In this document: piece after piece, positions 50,590 to 63,490 of the stretch
How the letters are laid out: each line of letters opens with the position of its first letter
Position numbering within the stretch: position 1 is the stretch's first letter
Assembly: GCF_963506605.1 (NCBI RefSeq)
Contig: NC_083277.1
Span: forward strand, 6,386,001-6,450,000
DNA: 64,000 nt
Source: Zootoca vivipara
Lineage: Eukaryota
Direction: 5' to 3'
Made by a program: the position numbers and the translations under genes
The notes under the pieces: model-generated
What the model was told of the DNA's origin: nothing
The model's input: the letters and a program-made list of their open reading frames with translations, nothing else
The model's database searches: none

Positions 50590-51476
50590 TTAGACCGTTG
50601 AAGGTTCAAGATGGATTCTCTGGTGTCTGATAAGATGCTTGCTCCGGTAGAAGCTCTCTTCGCACTTGGAACATTTGAAGGGTTTCTTCCCAATGTGGCT
50701 TCTCTGGTGTCTAAAAAGGGTGGACTTGTCGCAAAAGCGCTTGCTACACTGGGAGCATTCGAAGGGCTTCTCCCCGGTGTGGTTTCTCTGGTGCGTGGTA
50801 AGGTGCTGGCTCTGGTTGAAGCTCTTCCCGCACTCGGAGCAGGTAAAGGGTTTCTCGCCCGTGTGGTTCCGCTGGTGCGTGATAAGATGTTGCCTCTGGC
50901 TGAAGCTCTTCCCGCACTCGGGACAGGCGTACGGCTTCTCTCCCGTGTGGGTCCTCCGGTGCCTTATCAGGCCGGATTTGTGGCAGAAGTTTTTCCCGCA
51001 GTCCGAGCATTTATAGGGCTTCTCCCCCGTGTGGATTCTCTTGTGTGAGATAAGGTTTGTGCTCCGACTGAACCTCTTCCCGCAGTTCAGGCAAACGTAG
51101 GGCTTCTCTCCCGTGTGGGTGCGCTGGTGGCTGTTGAGGTCCGAGCGCCTGCGGAATATCTTCCCGCAGACCGAGCAGTCGTGCGGCTTCTCTCCTGTGT
51201 GGATTCCACGAAGGTTCGATTCATCTCGGAAAAGCTTCTCGCTCACCGTGCTTCTGATGCGCTTCTTCCTTTTGAGGGTGCCCTGCTGGGCTGACATTTT
51301 GCAGGCGTTGTCATCCAGGCAAGGGAGAAATTTGTCCCTCCACATCTCCATTTCATGGCTCCGAAGCTTCTCTGACTTCCCTTGGCTCCCATCTTTTTCC
51401 TCCAGCTCCTGACCCACTCCTCTTCCTTGTGGGACCCAGAATAGTTCTCCACCAGTAGCACACTGGTCCCTATCAC
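50590..51476 (-). CDS. ZNF gene 3 terminal exon: 7 C2H2 fingers
   Basis: ORF 50590-51417 extends in frame to a ttcagcag| NAGNAG acceptor, phase 1. Confidence 0.92.
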
Positions 51477-51504
51477 CTGCTGAAATAACGAAAGGAGATT
51501 GTTA

Positions 51505-52190
51505 GTAATAATGATAATAATAAATTTTATTTATACCCCGCCCTCCCCAGCCAAGGCCAGGCTCAGGGCGGCTAACACTAGATATAAAACAACTGATTAA
51601 AATACAACTTAAGAACAAGATTAAATACATTAAAATTAAAATGCAGCCTCATATGGAAGGGAAAGGGGGGGAATGGGGGGCAGGGGGATCAGGTTGGCTC
51701 CAGGCCAAATGCCAGGCAGAACAACTCTGTCTTACAGGCCCTGCAGAAAGAAATCAGGTCCCGCAGGGCCCTGGTCTCGGGAGACAGAGTGTTCCACCAG
51801 ATCGGGGCCAGTGCTGAGAAGGCCCTGGTTCTAGTTGAGGCTAATCTGATTTCCTTCGGGCCCAGGACCTCTAAGGTGTTACTATTTATGGACCTTAAGG
51901 TCCTCCGTGGGGCATGCCGGGAGAGACAGTCCCATAAGTATGAGGGTCCTAGGCCGTAACAGACTTTAAAGGTCAAAATCAGCACCTTAAATCTGACCCT
52001 GTACTCCACTGAGAGCCAGTGCAGCTGGAAAAGCACTAGGTGAATATATTCCCATGGCAGGGAACCCGTGAGGAGCCTCGTTGCAGCATTCTGCACCCGC
52101 TGGAGTTTCTGGGACAGCTTCAAGGGCAGCCCCGCATAGAGCGAATTACAGTAGTCGAGCCTGGAGGTGACCGTCACATAGGTCACTGTT
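51505..52190 (-). mobile_element. L2 LINE 3' fragment
   Basis: RLDYCNSLYAGLP..LQRVQNAA..LHWL..RVRFK. Confidence 0.9.
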
Positions 52191-52719
52191 AGGAATGAAC
52201 TGGAGCAACTAACCCTATTATATCAACCTGCCTCATTGGAGGTTTTTAGAAGGCCATCTGTCCTGGATGCTTTAGCTGAGATTCCTGCATTGCAGGGGTT
52301 TGGACCAAATGAACCTTGAAATCCATTTAAGTTGCTACAGTTCTATGATCCCATGAGTCAGGGATGCAACAAGCTAAACTTTAGAGACAACCTCTCATTT
52401 GCAAATCATGTTCTAATCACCCTGACTCTGCGGTTAGACCAGGTGTGAAACAGGACGGTGTCTGCATCAGAACGCCCCGCTTAAAATGAAGGAGGGAGGG
52501 AAAACGCTTTGTTTTAGCGGCACCTTCCACCTGATGTTATTGAGACACCAGGTGATTGACAGGGGGTGTCCCCGCCCACCTGTTAAAATTTCACCTTCAA
52601 GGCTGATCCTGTCAAGGATCAGCTTCGTGGAGCCAAAAAGCCATCTCCAACCCAATGATTCTATAAACTATTAGCAACTGATTCCGCTTTGGTCAAAGAG
52701 ACAAGGCAGCTTTTCTACT

Positions 52720-53138
52720 ACATTCAGCCCGGACACTGAGATCCAGCACCGAGGGCCTTCTGGCGGTTCCGTCATTGCGAGAAGTGAGGTTACAGGGAAC
52801 CAGACAGAGGGCTTTCTCGGTAGTGGCACCCGCCCTGTGGAACGCCCTCCCAGCAGATGTCAAGGCAATAAGTAACTATTTTACTTTTAGAAGACAACTG
52901 AAGACGGCCCTGTTTAGGGAAGTTTTTAATGTTTAATGCTGTACTGTTTTAATATTCGGTTGGAAGCCGCCCAGAGTGGCTGGGGAAACCCAGCCAGATG
53001 GGCGGGGTATAAATAATAAATTATTATTATTATTACATATTTTGGAAAGTCGTAAATTTCAGCTGAGCATTCGCTATCTTGTTGAAAAGCCTGCGACATC
53101 TGCAGAGTTCGTTGTATACAGTTTGCTGATTCTTTGTA

Positions 53139-53181
<43 letters not shown>

Positions 53182-53645
53182 GTAATTTTTCATTACTTAC
53201 ACCACTCTGGGCGGCTCCCAACAGAATATTAAAAACACGATAAATCATCAAACATTAGAATCATAGAATCACAGAACCATAGAGTTGGAAGAGACCACAA
53301 GGGCCATCCAGTCCAACCCCCTGCCAAGCAGGAAACACCATCAAAGCATTCGTGACATATTAAAAGCTTCCCTTGCCTTCAGGTGTCTTCTAAAAGTCAG
53401 ACAGTTGTTTATTTCCTTGACATCTGATGGGAGGGCGTTCCACAGGGCGGGTGCCACTACCGAGAAGGCCCTCTGCCTGGTTCCCTGTAACCTCACTTCT
53501 TGCAGGGAGGGAACTGCCAGGAGGCCCTCTGTGCTGGAATACATACTATTCCAGACAGAGGGCCTTCTCAGTAGTGGTGCCTGCCCTGTGGAACGCCCTC
53601 CCATCAGATGTCAAGGAAATAAGCAGCTCTCCTATTTTCAATGTA
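52720..53645. mobile_element. Cluster of L2 fragments in both orientations with a nested CR1 3' end
   Basis: L2 motifs, (TAA)n tracts, CR1 tail at about 53255-53350. Confidence 0.75.
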
Positions 53646-53847
53646 GGAATGGCTAAGTCAATGCAAATAGGAACTGAACAGGAAAAGGACACAATCTGTT
53701 GTGGATTTTTGAGGGGTTTCTCTGCTGAGACCTTTCATGGGCGTCACAGAAGGGGCCGAGCGCCCAAGTTGGTGATTCCCTGTGACAGGGCATTATACCT
53801 AATTGAAACGACACAGTAATTCATGGGGGGGGGGGTTGAGCCCTTAC

Positions 53848-53974
53848 CCAGCACGCTGGAGACCCCCTCATTTTCCCGCTTGAACTCCCCGTCGAGCTGT
53901 CTCTGGGCGGTTTCCGGCAATGCCTCCACATTTGCAGCGAAGGTCACAGCAGCCTCTTGGAACGACCCTGGCAC
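53848..53974 (-). CDS. ZNF gene 3 internal exon: degenerate KRAB-A-like (127 nt)
   Basis: VPGSFQEAAVTFAANVEALPETAQRQLDGEFKRENEGVSSVL; tttcag| and |gtaagg; canonical KRAB-A exon length and phase. Confidence 0.82.
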
Positions 53975-54274
53975 CTGAAATACCCGTCAAGGTTTTAGTC
54001 AAGAAACAAAGTGCTCCTGTTTCACAGAACGACAGCAGCGGTGAGGAACGGGATCAGACCAGAGATAAGATCTAAGTCTGAAGGATGGGGGTGGGACCAT
54101 CGCAGCAATGTCCGGTGATCCATTTCTGGCCTCGTAAGTATATGAGAACCGCCTGCACTCTCAGCATCCGGAACAAACTACAGTTCCCAGGATTCTTTGC
54201 GGGGGGAATCAAGGCTATTTACGTGCTTTAGCTGTTGTGTGGATGTCCCCTGGGGCAGCAGAGGACAAGGAAAA

Positions 54275-54935
54275 GAAGAGAATTACTGTATAAAACAAGT
54301 ACAAATACCTTCTGGAAATGTAAAGAAAAAGAAAGTACCTTTTACCATATGTGGTGGACGTGTAGGGTAACAATAACTTTCTGGGAGGTGATATATAATG
54401 CAATGAAAAAAATGTTTAAAATAATGTTTGTCAAAAAACCAGAAGCTTTTTTTATTAGGAATTATAGGTACTGAGATACCAAAGAACCAGAAAAAGACTT
54501 TTTATGTATGTGACAACAGATGCTATTAGCTCAGAGATGGAAGGAGGAAACTACCCCAACCAGAGAAGAATGGCAAACCAAGTTGATGGACTATGCCAAA
54601 ATGGCAATATTAACTGGGAAGCTCAGAAATCAAGAAGACAAAAACTTTAATAAGGAATTGGAAAAGTTTATAACTTATTTACAAGAGCACTGTACGCAGG
54701 TTAAAACATTAGCAGGATTTTAACCACGCTTGTAAAGTAATGCAAAGTATGGATAACTTAGAAGGATTTTAAAAATTGGATAAGTACTGGTATTGATAAT
54801 CAGTTGTAAATAATACCATCAGGACCCATGGAAGGGATGGGGGAAAGTCAGGAGATTCAGAGTCATCTCGATATTTGGATTTGGAATTATTTTTTGCTGT
54901 ATGTGTATACTTTTTAAAATCAAATAAAAATTACA
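54275..54935 (+). mobile_element. L1 3' fragment
   Basis: WKCKEKESTFYHMWWTC; AATAAA followed by (CA)n. Confidence 0.82.
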
Positions 54936-55709
54936 CACACACACACACACACACCAAAGGTTCAAATCACAAAGCAGCCTATTTTCAGCAGTGATTGGCC
55001 TGTATACAGCTGTATACAGCTATTATCCATTTCCCCCATTCTATCTCTTTCTCTCTCCTCCTCCTTGAGTGTGCATATATATATAATATATATAATCATA
55101 GTATCATAGAGTTGGAAGAAACCTCAAAGCTCATCTAGTCCAACCCCCTGCAATGCAATATGAGCTAAGGCAATCTCATGGATGGATAAAAAATGTGGAT
55201 AACGGACTAATATGCAGTTGTAAATATTGATATTAGGACCCATGGAGGGGATGGGGGGGGGAAGTCCTGAGATTCAGAGTAATCTCTTTACATGGATTTT
55301 TTAAATATAATTGATTTTAAGTTTATAATTTCTAAAATCAAATGATTTTTTTCTCTAAAAAACAAAACAAAAAGGAAAAGAGGAGAATTAGGATAGCTAT
55401 CTTCTAATAAAGGTTGTCACATGGAAGATGGAGCGAGCTTGTGTTCTCCTGCTCTGGAAGGTAGGACTCGAACACATGGCTCCAAGTTACAAGAAAGGAG
55501 ATTCCGGCTAAGCATCCGGAAGAACTGATGGACAACAAAGGGCATGGCCTGAGAAGGGTCCTGAGGGCCAGAGAGAGGCCTGCATTTGGCCCCTGTGCCT
55601 GGGGCTCCCCACCCTTGGTCTCCACCCTTTTTAAGGTGTGACACTCAGACATTTGCGCCACAACCGCCTTTTTTGGGGGGGGGGAAATCCCAGGATGCGG
55701 TACTCTCAC

Positions 55710-56504
55710 CTGCCCTCCCGCTTTCTCCGCCTCCTGGTGCCTCAGGAGGAATTCCTCTGCCAGGGCCACGGCCTGGACGCAGCTCTCTGAGCCTCGTTCC
55801 TTCACCCAGCTCCCCATTTCCGAGGGCAGGACAGCCAGGAACTGCTCCAGGATCACCAGGTCCAGGATCTGCTCCTTGGTGTGCTTCTCTGGCCTCAGCC
55901 ACTGATGGCAAAGCTCCCTCAGGAGGCCGTAGACCTTGCGAGGGCCCTGGGCGTCATGGTAGCATTGCTTCCTGAAGAGCTGGCGATGGGCCTCTGAGCT
56001 GGCAGAGTCCTCCATCTTTATCGCTTGTCCGATATCGCCAGTGGCACCCGCCCTCCCATCAGCTTGCTGGGCTGCTCTGTTTAAAGGAAGGACCCCATCC
56101 TGGCTCTGTTCTTGAGTCCCCTGGCTGACGGCCTCTGCCCTCTCACGGTGGGACAGGGTGTTCTTGTCTTCACCCCACGGCACGGCTTCTGGCAGCTGTG
56201 GGTCGCCCTCGCCAGTGTGAGGGGTCTGCACTGCCTTCAGGAATTCCTGCCACTGGGCTTCCCAGCGGAGCGACGACAGGCCCTCATCTGGCTCCTGCTT
56301 AATGCGCTGCAGCTCTTCCCAGCGTTTGGGGACCCCGATGGCCGCTGGCTGAGAGTCTGGTGAGCTGTCTCCTGCCCCTGTTGCCTCTTTGAGGCCCAGA
56401 AGCTCCTCTGGCTCCATCTTCATCTCTGGGTCCCTGCTTTCATCCGGAATGGCCTGCAGCTGGAGAGTCAGGGTAGGGGAGCTGTCCACTTGCTCCACCG
56501 CCAT
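55710..56504 (-). CDS. ZNF gene 3 first coding exon: SCAN domain (ZSCAN/ZKSCAN-like; about 602 aa total)
   Basis: HRQLFRKQCYHDAQGPRKVYGLLRELCHQWLRPEKHTKEQILDLVILEQFL; ATG at 56504; CAG|gtgag donor; acceptor at 56629. Confidence 0.92.
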
Positions 56505-56719
56505 CCCGCCTCCCAGGCTTAGCCCGAAGCCTCTTGCCCCCGTCCCGCAACCCCGCTGGAAACCAGAGCTGCTGTCTTGACGCAAAAGGGGGCTCAAAAG
56601 GGCTCCTTCAGAGATGCCTCATCTCCGGCCTGCAGAAAGGTCATTCAGAAGCAGGTGGCCTTCCTGGGTGGACGACAAACCACTCACCCTGAAGGGAAAG
56701 AGGCAAACAGCCGTGAGAG

Positions 56720-57327
56720 AACAAAAGAGATTTAAAGACACTCTCAAGGCAATTTTTTTAAAAAAATCTAGTACAGTGGTACCTCGGAAGTCGAACGGGA
56801 TCTGTTCAGGAAGTACGTTCGACTTCCAAAATGTTTGGAAACCAAGGCGCGGCTTCCAATTGGCTGCAGGAAGCTCCTGCAGACAATCGGAAGCGGTGGA
56901 ACCCATATTGGACGTTTGGGTTCCAAAGAACGTATGCAAACCGGAACACTCACTTCCGGGTTTGCGGCGTTCGGGAGCCAAAACGTTCGAGTCGCAAGGC
57001 GTTCAACTTCCGAGGTACGACTGTATAAGCACTGATAACTGGGAAACACTGGCCTGTGAGCACTCCAGTTGGAGAACAGCCTTTACCAAAGGTGTCATGG
57101 GCTTTGAAGACACTCGAACTCAGGGCAAAAGGGAGAAACATACTAAGAGGAAGGCACACTTGGCAAACCCTCACCGTGATCAACTCCCACCCGGAAACCT
57201 ATGCCCCCGCTGTGGAAGGACGTGTGGATCCAGAATTGGCCTCCACAGCCACTTACGGACTCACTGTTAAAACTCGGTCTGTGAAAGACAATCTTATTCG
57301 GCTACGAGGAATCGCCTAAGAAGAAGA
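56720..57327 (+). mobile_element. RTE LINE 3' end split by a Tigger MITE (about 56774-57023)
   Basis: KRFKDTLKA...CGRTCGSRIGLHSHLRTH; (GAA)n tail; TA-flanked MITE. Confidence 0.85.
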
Positions 57328-58189
57328 CAAATGGCCTTGAGGAAGGATGTGCACAGAACTGAGTGATTCTGAGGAATGGCTTTCTCTTTGGGGCACACAA
57401 AATGAAAGGCTGGCAACATTTCACTGGAGAGCCAGGGTGGCATAATGGCAATCTGTATCCTCTCCATCAGCAGGTTGCAGGTTTGATCCCTGTAAGGGAC
57501 AATGGCATATTCTTGCATTGCAAGGGGTGCAGACCCTCCAAGTCTCCCTATTTTCCAGGGACATCCCTGATTTAGAGAATCCGTCCCCGTTTCTGGATTT
57601 GATCCCGGAATGGCCCACTCTTTATTAGGACACTCCTATTTTCATTGGAGAAACATTGGAGGGTATGGAGCTATTCGACCCCTGAGCCATCTGAAGGCGA
57701 TCCTGTATAGGGAAGTATTTTTTTTTAAAAAAATGTTTTAATGTTTTATTATGTTGCTATGTATGTTGGAAGCTGTCCAGAGTAGCTGGGGCAACCCAGT
57801 CAGATGTGTGGGGTATAAATAGTAAAATTATCATTATGGAATGATTTTAATAGAAGAAATGTTGGAGGGGATGTGGGATGGGACTAGGTGAGGCTCATGG
57901 TCCCTTCCAACTCTAGGATTCTATAATTCTTTTGAACATGCCCCCCTCTCCCAAGAAAGACCCGGCCCCTCCTCTCCCCCCACCAGCAAACCGACTTTTA
58001 AATGCACTTTTCACGCACTCTAGCAACAGCCACTGACCTGCCTGCAGCTTCTGGCAAACAGCATTCAAAAGCCGCTTTTGCAGAAACATTTGATGGGGAG
58101 GGGGGACGCAAGGCAGGAAGTTGCTCCCACTGTTGACATCCCCCTGTTCCCCCATTTCCTGCCTCTCTAAGAATCCAGCCTTTCAAACC

Positions 58190-59050
58190 CCCGCCGCCGC
58201 TTGGCTCTCTACGGGTTAAAGGGAGCGGCGCGCGCTTCCTAGAGAGGCAGGGGAAAGACGAGCGGCGAGCTTTCCTTCCTGGTTCAATCAGCGAACGGAG
58301 GGAGCAGCTGAGGTCAAAGCGGGAGAGGTGTCTATTCAAGGCGATTTGTCTACCTCTCCCACAGGTTGCGCAGCGACTGCAGAGGCATATGATAAGCCTT
58401 CCTGATTAGTATCTACATTTATATAAACTACCGGTATATATAGGTTTATATGTATAGTTATACATACGAATGTACATATACGTATGTACACACACACAAA
58501 AAATATTTTATATATATCCAAATACATACAATTTTTTTAAAGTATAAATTCCATATATAAAAATATGTACAATTTTAAAATATAAATTCCATTCATTTTA
58601 CAAGCTCTCCATCCACGATACTCCCCCAACAGAGGGTAGGAAATGCACTGCGACATTTCCTTGCTGGTTGCATGCGCAATGTGGCTTCATATAGCCATTA
58701 TCCAGCATTCCTTTTTCGGCCGGATTATTTCAAAGCAGATGTGGGGAGGGGGGGGAGACAGAACCTTCGAATCCCTCCTGCTTTATTTAAGGCCCCCCCT
58801 CCCTTCTACTCCCACTCCTGCCTATTTCCACTCCCGCTTGCCCCGCACATGGACGACCCTTAGCCGCTGCCGTTGGGAACCCGGAAGTGCCTGGACCCAC
58901 CAAGCGACTCTTCCCTCCCCCCCATCAACCCCCAAGCCTCCCGAATTGTTGTTGGGGAGGCGCTGAGGGTGAGTCTTAGGAGGGTGAGGTGGGGAGATTG
59001 CAGCAGCTCGGGGCGGCCTCCAGGCGGGCAGAAGGGGGGCGAGGAAGGGG
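58190..59050. promoter_or_regulatory. Probable bidirectional CpG-rich promoter between ZNF gene 3 (-) and KRAB gene 4 (+)
   Basis: CpG-rich patches; ccggaagtg (ETS/GABPA) near 58881; tgcatgcgca (NRF1-like) near 58669; + strand donor gagg|gtgagt near 58968. Confidence 0.6.
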
Positions 59051-59667
59051 TGAAAGGGACCCCCCTTTTAACCCCCCGCCCCAGCCCCCTTCTCACCAGC
59101 CCAGCTGGGGAAAATCCTTCCCACCACCATGCAAGCAATTTCCTCCCCCCCTTCTCTTTTTTGAAACCACGTAGTCTCTGGGCAACGCAGTCAGATGGCC
59201 ATGGTGCAAATAATAACATTATTACTGTCATCAATCAATCAATTCCACAGGAGTAGGTGTGCTCAGCTCCTCCTACTGCTCCAGACCAGGAATGGGAATC
59301 TTGTGGTTCCCCCTATATTGCATGGCTTAGGGCAGATCCTGCCTGTGCATTGAAACACCCATGAAATAACACACATTTTCGAAGGGCCCGGCTTCTCTGC
59401 AAGGATCCCTGGCTGGGGGAACTGTAGTTTTCCAAGCAGGCACCTTGCAAGGTCCACCGGGCTATGAGCTTCGTGGGCGACTGGGAATTTATTTTGTTTT
59501 TAACCTTACCGCTTTGTGGTGGAACTAAGGTGGGGGGAAAGGTGGGAAAGGACAAAGATCTTCCAACCATACTTGTCTCTCTCGCACCCCACAACCCGTC
59601 CCCACAGGTTGTGGAAGAAGCTCAGTGACCCCTTCCAGGCGGCCTCCTCTTTGTGAAAAGAGAAGAA

Positions 59668-59676
59668 ATGGCTCAG
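59668..59676 (+). CDS. KRAB gene 4 start (MAQ) at the end of exon 59608-59676
   Basis: cccacag| acceptor; gaaATGGCTCAG|gtaggt phase-0 donor in good Kozak context. Confidence 0.7.
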
Positions 59677-60029
59677 GTAGGTGAGGGAGGGGCTGCCCTT
59701 GGGGAGCCTCAAGTACTCTATTTATGATTTATGCTGTGTTTGGGATGTTCTATTATGTTATTTTTATCTTTATTCTGTATGATGCTTTGGGATTCATTAG
59801 AATGAAAAGTTTGGGTTCCTCTTTTGTTATGGGGTCTATCTTTGCTTTTTCTACATCCAAAGCTCCCTTTAAGTAGGCCCCGAGCTTTGGCTCTTGTACA
59901 ATATTTCCAAAATTTCCAAAATTTTCTTTACTTGCATGGTGGGTGAAGCAGGCAGATTGACACCCATTTCCTTAGGATTATTTGTGAGGAGTGAAGAGTG
60001 GCTGGGGAAACTTAGCCAGATGGGCAGGG

Positions 60030-60078
<49 letters not shown>

Positions 60079-60083
60079 TTCAG

Positions 60084-60210
60084 GCTCTGGTGTCCTTTGA
60101 GGAGGTGGCCATGCATTTCACGAAGGAGGAGTGGGAACTCCTCAACCCATGGCAGAAGGCTCTGTACAAGGAAATCATGCTGGACAATTATAGGAATGTG
60201 ACCTCCCTGG
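60084..60210 (+). CDS. KRAB gene 4: canonical KRAB-A exon
   Basis: ALVSFEEVAMHFTKEEWELLNPWQKALYKEIMLDNYRNVTSL; 127 nt; ttttcag| and |gtaagg. Confidence 0.95.
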
Positions 60211-60864
60211 GTAAGGACCTCTCTACCCTTTGGTTTGTAAGACACTGAAGAGATGAGATTTCTCACTCTTCATTGCTGGACTCACAATTTATTTTGGTGA
60301 ATAGCACACCTGCCATGCAAAATGTTACATTAAAAATAGCATTAAATATATAAATACAAACAGGTACAGTCGTACTTTGGAGTTCGAACAGAATCTGTTC
60401 CGGAAGTCCTTCCAACTTCCGAAATGTTTGACAACCAAAGTGCGGCTTCTGATTGGCTGCAGGAAGCTCCTGCAGCCAATCGGAAGCCATGGAAGCCACA
60501 TTGGACGTTCAGCTTCCAAGTTTTTCAATCGTTCGGGAGCCAGAACGTTGGACTCCCAAGCCATTCGGGAGCTGAGGTACGACTGTATAGTGTTGAAATT
60601 TCAACAGCAGGGATCATTCAGTATTGTCATTCCGGGTGAATTATGTCCTCTCTGGTCCATCGTCCCTAAAGAGAGCTCAACAGCTCTGGTCTCTCCCCCT
60701 AAAAAAAGCTCAACAACTCTGGTACATTTTCCCTAAAAAGATGACAATGGACAATGACAATGGGTAGATCGCAGTCTGCTGAGAGTTGGATGTGTCTGAT
60801 CTATGCTGTAGAGTTCTCTTCATATCCATACTGCCTTATGTCGAGTCAGACCATTGGTTTATCT

Positions 60865-61000
60865 CAGGCACCCCCAAACTTGGCCCTCCAGATGTTTTGG
60901 GACTACAATTCCCATTATCCCTGACCACTGGTCCTGTTAGCTAGGGATGATGGGAGTTGTAGTCCCAAAACATCTGGCGGGCCGAGTTTGGGGGTGCCTG
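60865..61000. mobile_element. hAT MITE (CAGGCACCCCCAA family)
   Basis: 8-bp TSD gtttatct. Confidence 0.9.
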
Positions 61001-61255
61001 GTTTATCTAGCTCAGTGTTCAGCCGGGGATTAAACCTGGGACCGTCTGCTCGTGGGGCCAGTGCTCCCACACTGAGCAATGGCCCTTACCCAAAAATCTG
61101 AACTGGGCAATAGGCATGTTGGCACCCAAGTACGGGGTGGGGGGGGAGAGAGAGACCTCCTCCTCTTGCCAAGAACAGGTTGTGGGAGACGAAAATGGGG
61201 ATGTTTCAGAAGGAAATGTGTTTGTAATTAGGCCTGCTTTTCCTTTCTCCCTAAG

Positions 61256-61348
61256 AAGGAGGAGACCCTCTCATGCCCAGGCCAGACCTCATCCGCTGGC
61301 TCGAAGAACTGGTTATACTGCCCTGCATGGAAGGATGCTCAGCAGCAG
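61256..61348 (+). CDS. KRAB gene 4: KRAB-B exon
   Basis: GDPLMPRPDLIRWLEE; phase 1-1; |gtaatt donor. Confidence 0.85.
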
Positions 61349-62406
61349 GTAATTGCGAATGTGCTCCTCCTTGCCTGGGAATTGGAGGTTTCCTGCAGTG
61401 TTGTCTGGTGCCCGTTGAGACTGGCAGGGCAGCATGGAGGGGGACCCAGCGGTGAGTGAAGTGAGAGCCAATGATGGGCAGAGCCACTCCCTTGCTGTTT
61501 GTAAGGGAGAAGGCAGGCAGGCTGAGGTTCATGGGACATTGACCCTTTCACCCTAATGGACCAGCTGCCATGGTTATCTTGTGGACTTCCGAAAATATTT
61601 TGGCAAAACCCCTTGCCCAGAGGCGCTTCTGTAGACCTTGTACTCTTGGGGCAGGAGAACAAATCTTCTTGTTCTCCAGGGAGTAGAAGAAAATGAGCAG
61701 CTCTCACAATGACAGGGAGGAAGGAGGAAAGGATAAGTGAAGAACCTGTGGCCCTCCAGTCGTAGCTGGCCAAATGATCAAGGATGATGTGAGCTGGGAA
61801 TTTAGCAACTTCTGGAGGGACATAGTTCCTCACACCTGAGTTAAGGTCCTCCCTGGACAGGTGATTTTTGAACTGGTTCCCTGATAATACAGTAATGCCT
61901 CGGTTTAAGTACGCTTCAGTTTGAGTACCTTCAGTTTAAGTACTCCGCGGACCCGTCTAGAACGGATTAATCCACTTTCCATTACTTTCAATGGGAAAGT
62001 TCGCTTCAGTTTAAGTATGCTTCAGTTTAAGTACAGACTTCCGGAACCAATTGTGTGCTTAAAACGAGGTACCACTGTAGTGTGTTTGTTTTTTGTAGAC
62101 TTCTGCCACCTTCAGCTCTCTTCCTTTCTGGAAGTTTGGTTTGTTCTTGCAGAAAATCACAGAATTTTTGGTTCCACCAATCCCCGACAGTTCCTGCTAA
62201 CCAATATTCCACCCTTGAATAGCTAAGTTAAAACAACACCTTAGTAAATATCAGCCCGGTTTATTTAATGTATGGCAGGATCTGCCTCCTCACTGAATAT
62301 TTGCATGGGTGATGTCTTTGCTATCTTCTCCACAGCTGTGAATTTGGTTGGTTCCTTCTCCTTAGAGACTCAGTTCTTCACACGCTTCCTTCCTTTTTGA
62401 TTCCAG

Positions 62407-62630
62407 GAAGTAAAGATCCAGAGATTAAAAGTGAAGTAGATTCTGACTGCCCCTTGAGTCCCCTGAAAATCTGCTTTGGAGAGTTGGGGGAAGCCCCGGA
62501 ACCGATTTGCAAGGTCAAGAGAGAGGAGGAACCTTCCATTATGCAGGCAGAAAACCGTCCACCAACAGAACAGCTTTGTTCGATACAGCCCAAAGTGTCA
62601 GCAAAAGGAGCCAAGCATCCCAAGCTGGAA
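62407..62630 (+). CDS. KRAB gene 4: linker exon (5' part of the former finger exon, ending at an internal GAA|gtaagt donor; unspliced form stops at 62663)
   Basis: ttccag| acceptor, phase 1; open; decayed finger remnants follow at about 62655-62835. Confidence 0.78.
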
Positions 62631-62869
62631 GTAAGTTATAAGTTGATTGAAAAGTGTCATTGATATGATAGGAGGAGCTTTCCTGATAAATTGGCTCTTA
62701 TTGTACATGAAAGCATCCAGAGAGAGGAGAAACTATTTTAATGTTTGGACTGGGAAGGTTATAGCGCAAACCTTTATTGCACATTGAAGAATTCACATAG
62801 AGAAGCCGCTTGAAGAGATGTGTGGAGACTTTCTGATCCTTTAAGCTTCATTCACTTTTGTGTTGTTTG

Positions 62870-63410
62870 TATTTTCACGTTCATATCAAATGTAGGAGCC
62901 TCTATAATTGACTATATTATGGTGTCATACAACCTTTTGAATAGACCTCTTGAGTGCAAAGTGGAGGAGCGGGTCGATAGCGACCGCTTACCGCTCTGTC
63001 TCCTCCTCGATGCAAGAAAGGATCTATTTTGCACTGACAAACTTGAATTCCCCAGGACCACCAATATGAAGTTGAGGTTCTCACGCATCAGGTGGTCCGA
63101 TGAACTGGACGAGGAAGTATCTTGAAGGTTACGCCCAGATATATTCCTTACTAGGAGAGACAACCTCTTAAACTCCTCATGCCCTGAAACTAGAATAAAC
63201 TTGTTTCAGGATCTGATTTCACTTTTTCAACCCTATTTGACCCCCCAAAAAAGGCAACGCGGCATCTGTTATACTTCAACAAATCTAAATCCTGGTTTGA
63301 TCAGGAATGCCTTGCTATGAAGTGCTTTCTGTTTGGAAAAGACAGGAATTATAGATCTGCGAATCTACCCTTACTCCCTGCAGAGTGGTTTGAAGCTAAA
63401 TGAAATTATA
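62870..63410 (+). mobile_element. Degenerate LINE fragment (APE endonuclease C-terminus)
   Basis: GASIIDYIMVS..VDSDRLPL (SDH-like) motif. Confidence 0.65.
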
Positions 63411-63490
63411 AAGCTAAAGCTTTGGTTGTATTTTCTTTTTCTATAAAATGAATAGAAATTATTATTATAAAAAACTTAGTTGGTCTATAA

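Noticed and set aside
56614-57270. 218-aa ORF ending in a C2H2-like motif
   Set aside because: Chance read-through of an RTE LINE 3' end and an inserted Tigger MITE.
59991-60083. Poly-Tyr, poly-Ile, poly-Asn and poly-Leu stretches in ORFs
   Set aside because: Translations of intronic (TAA)n microsatellites.
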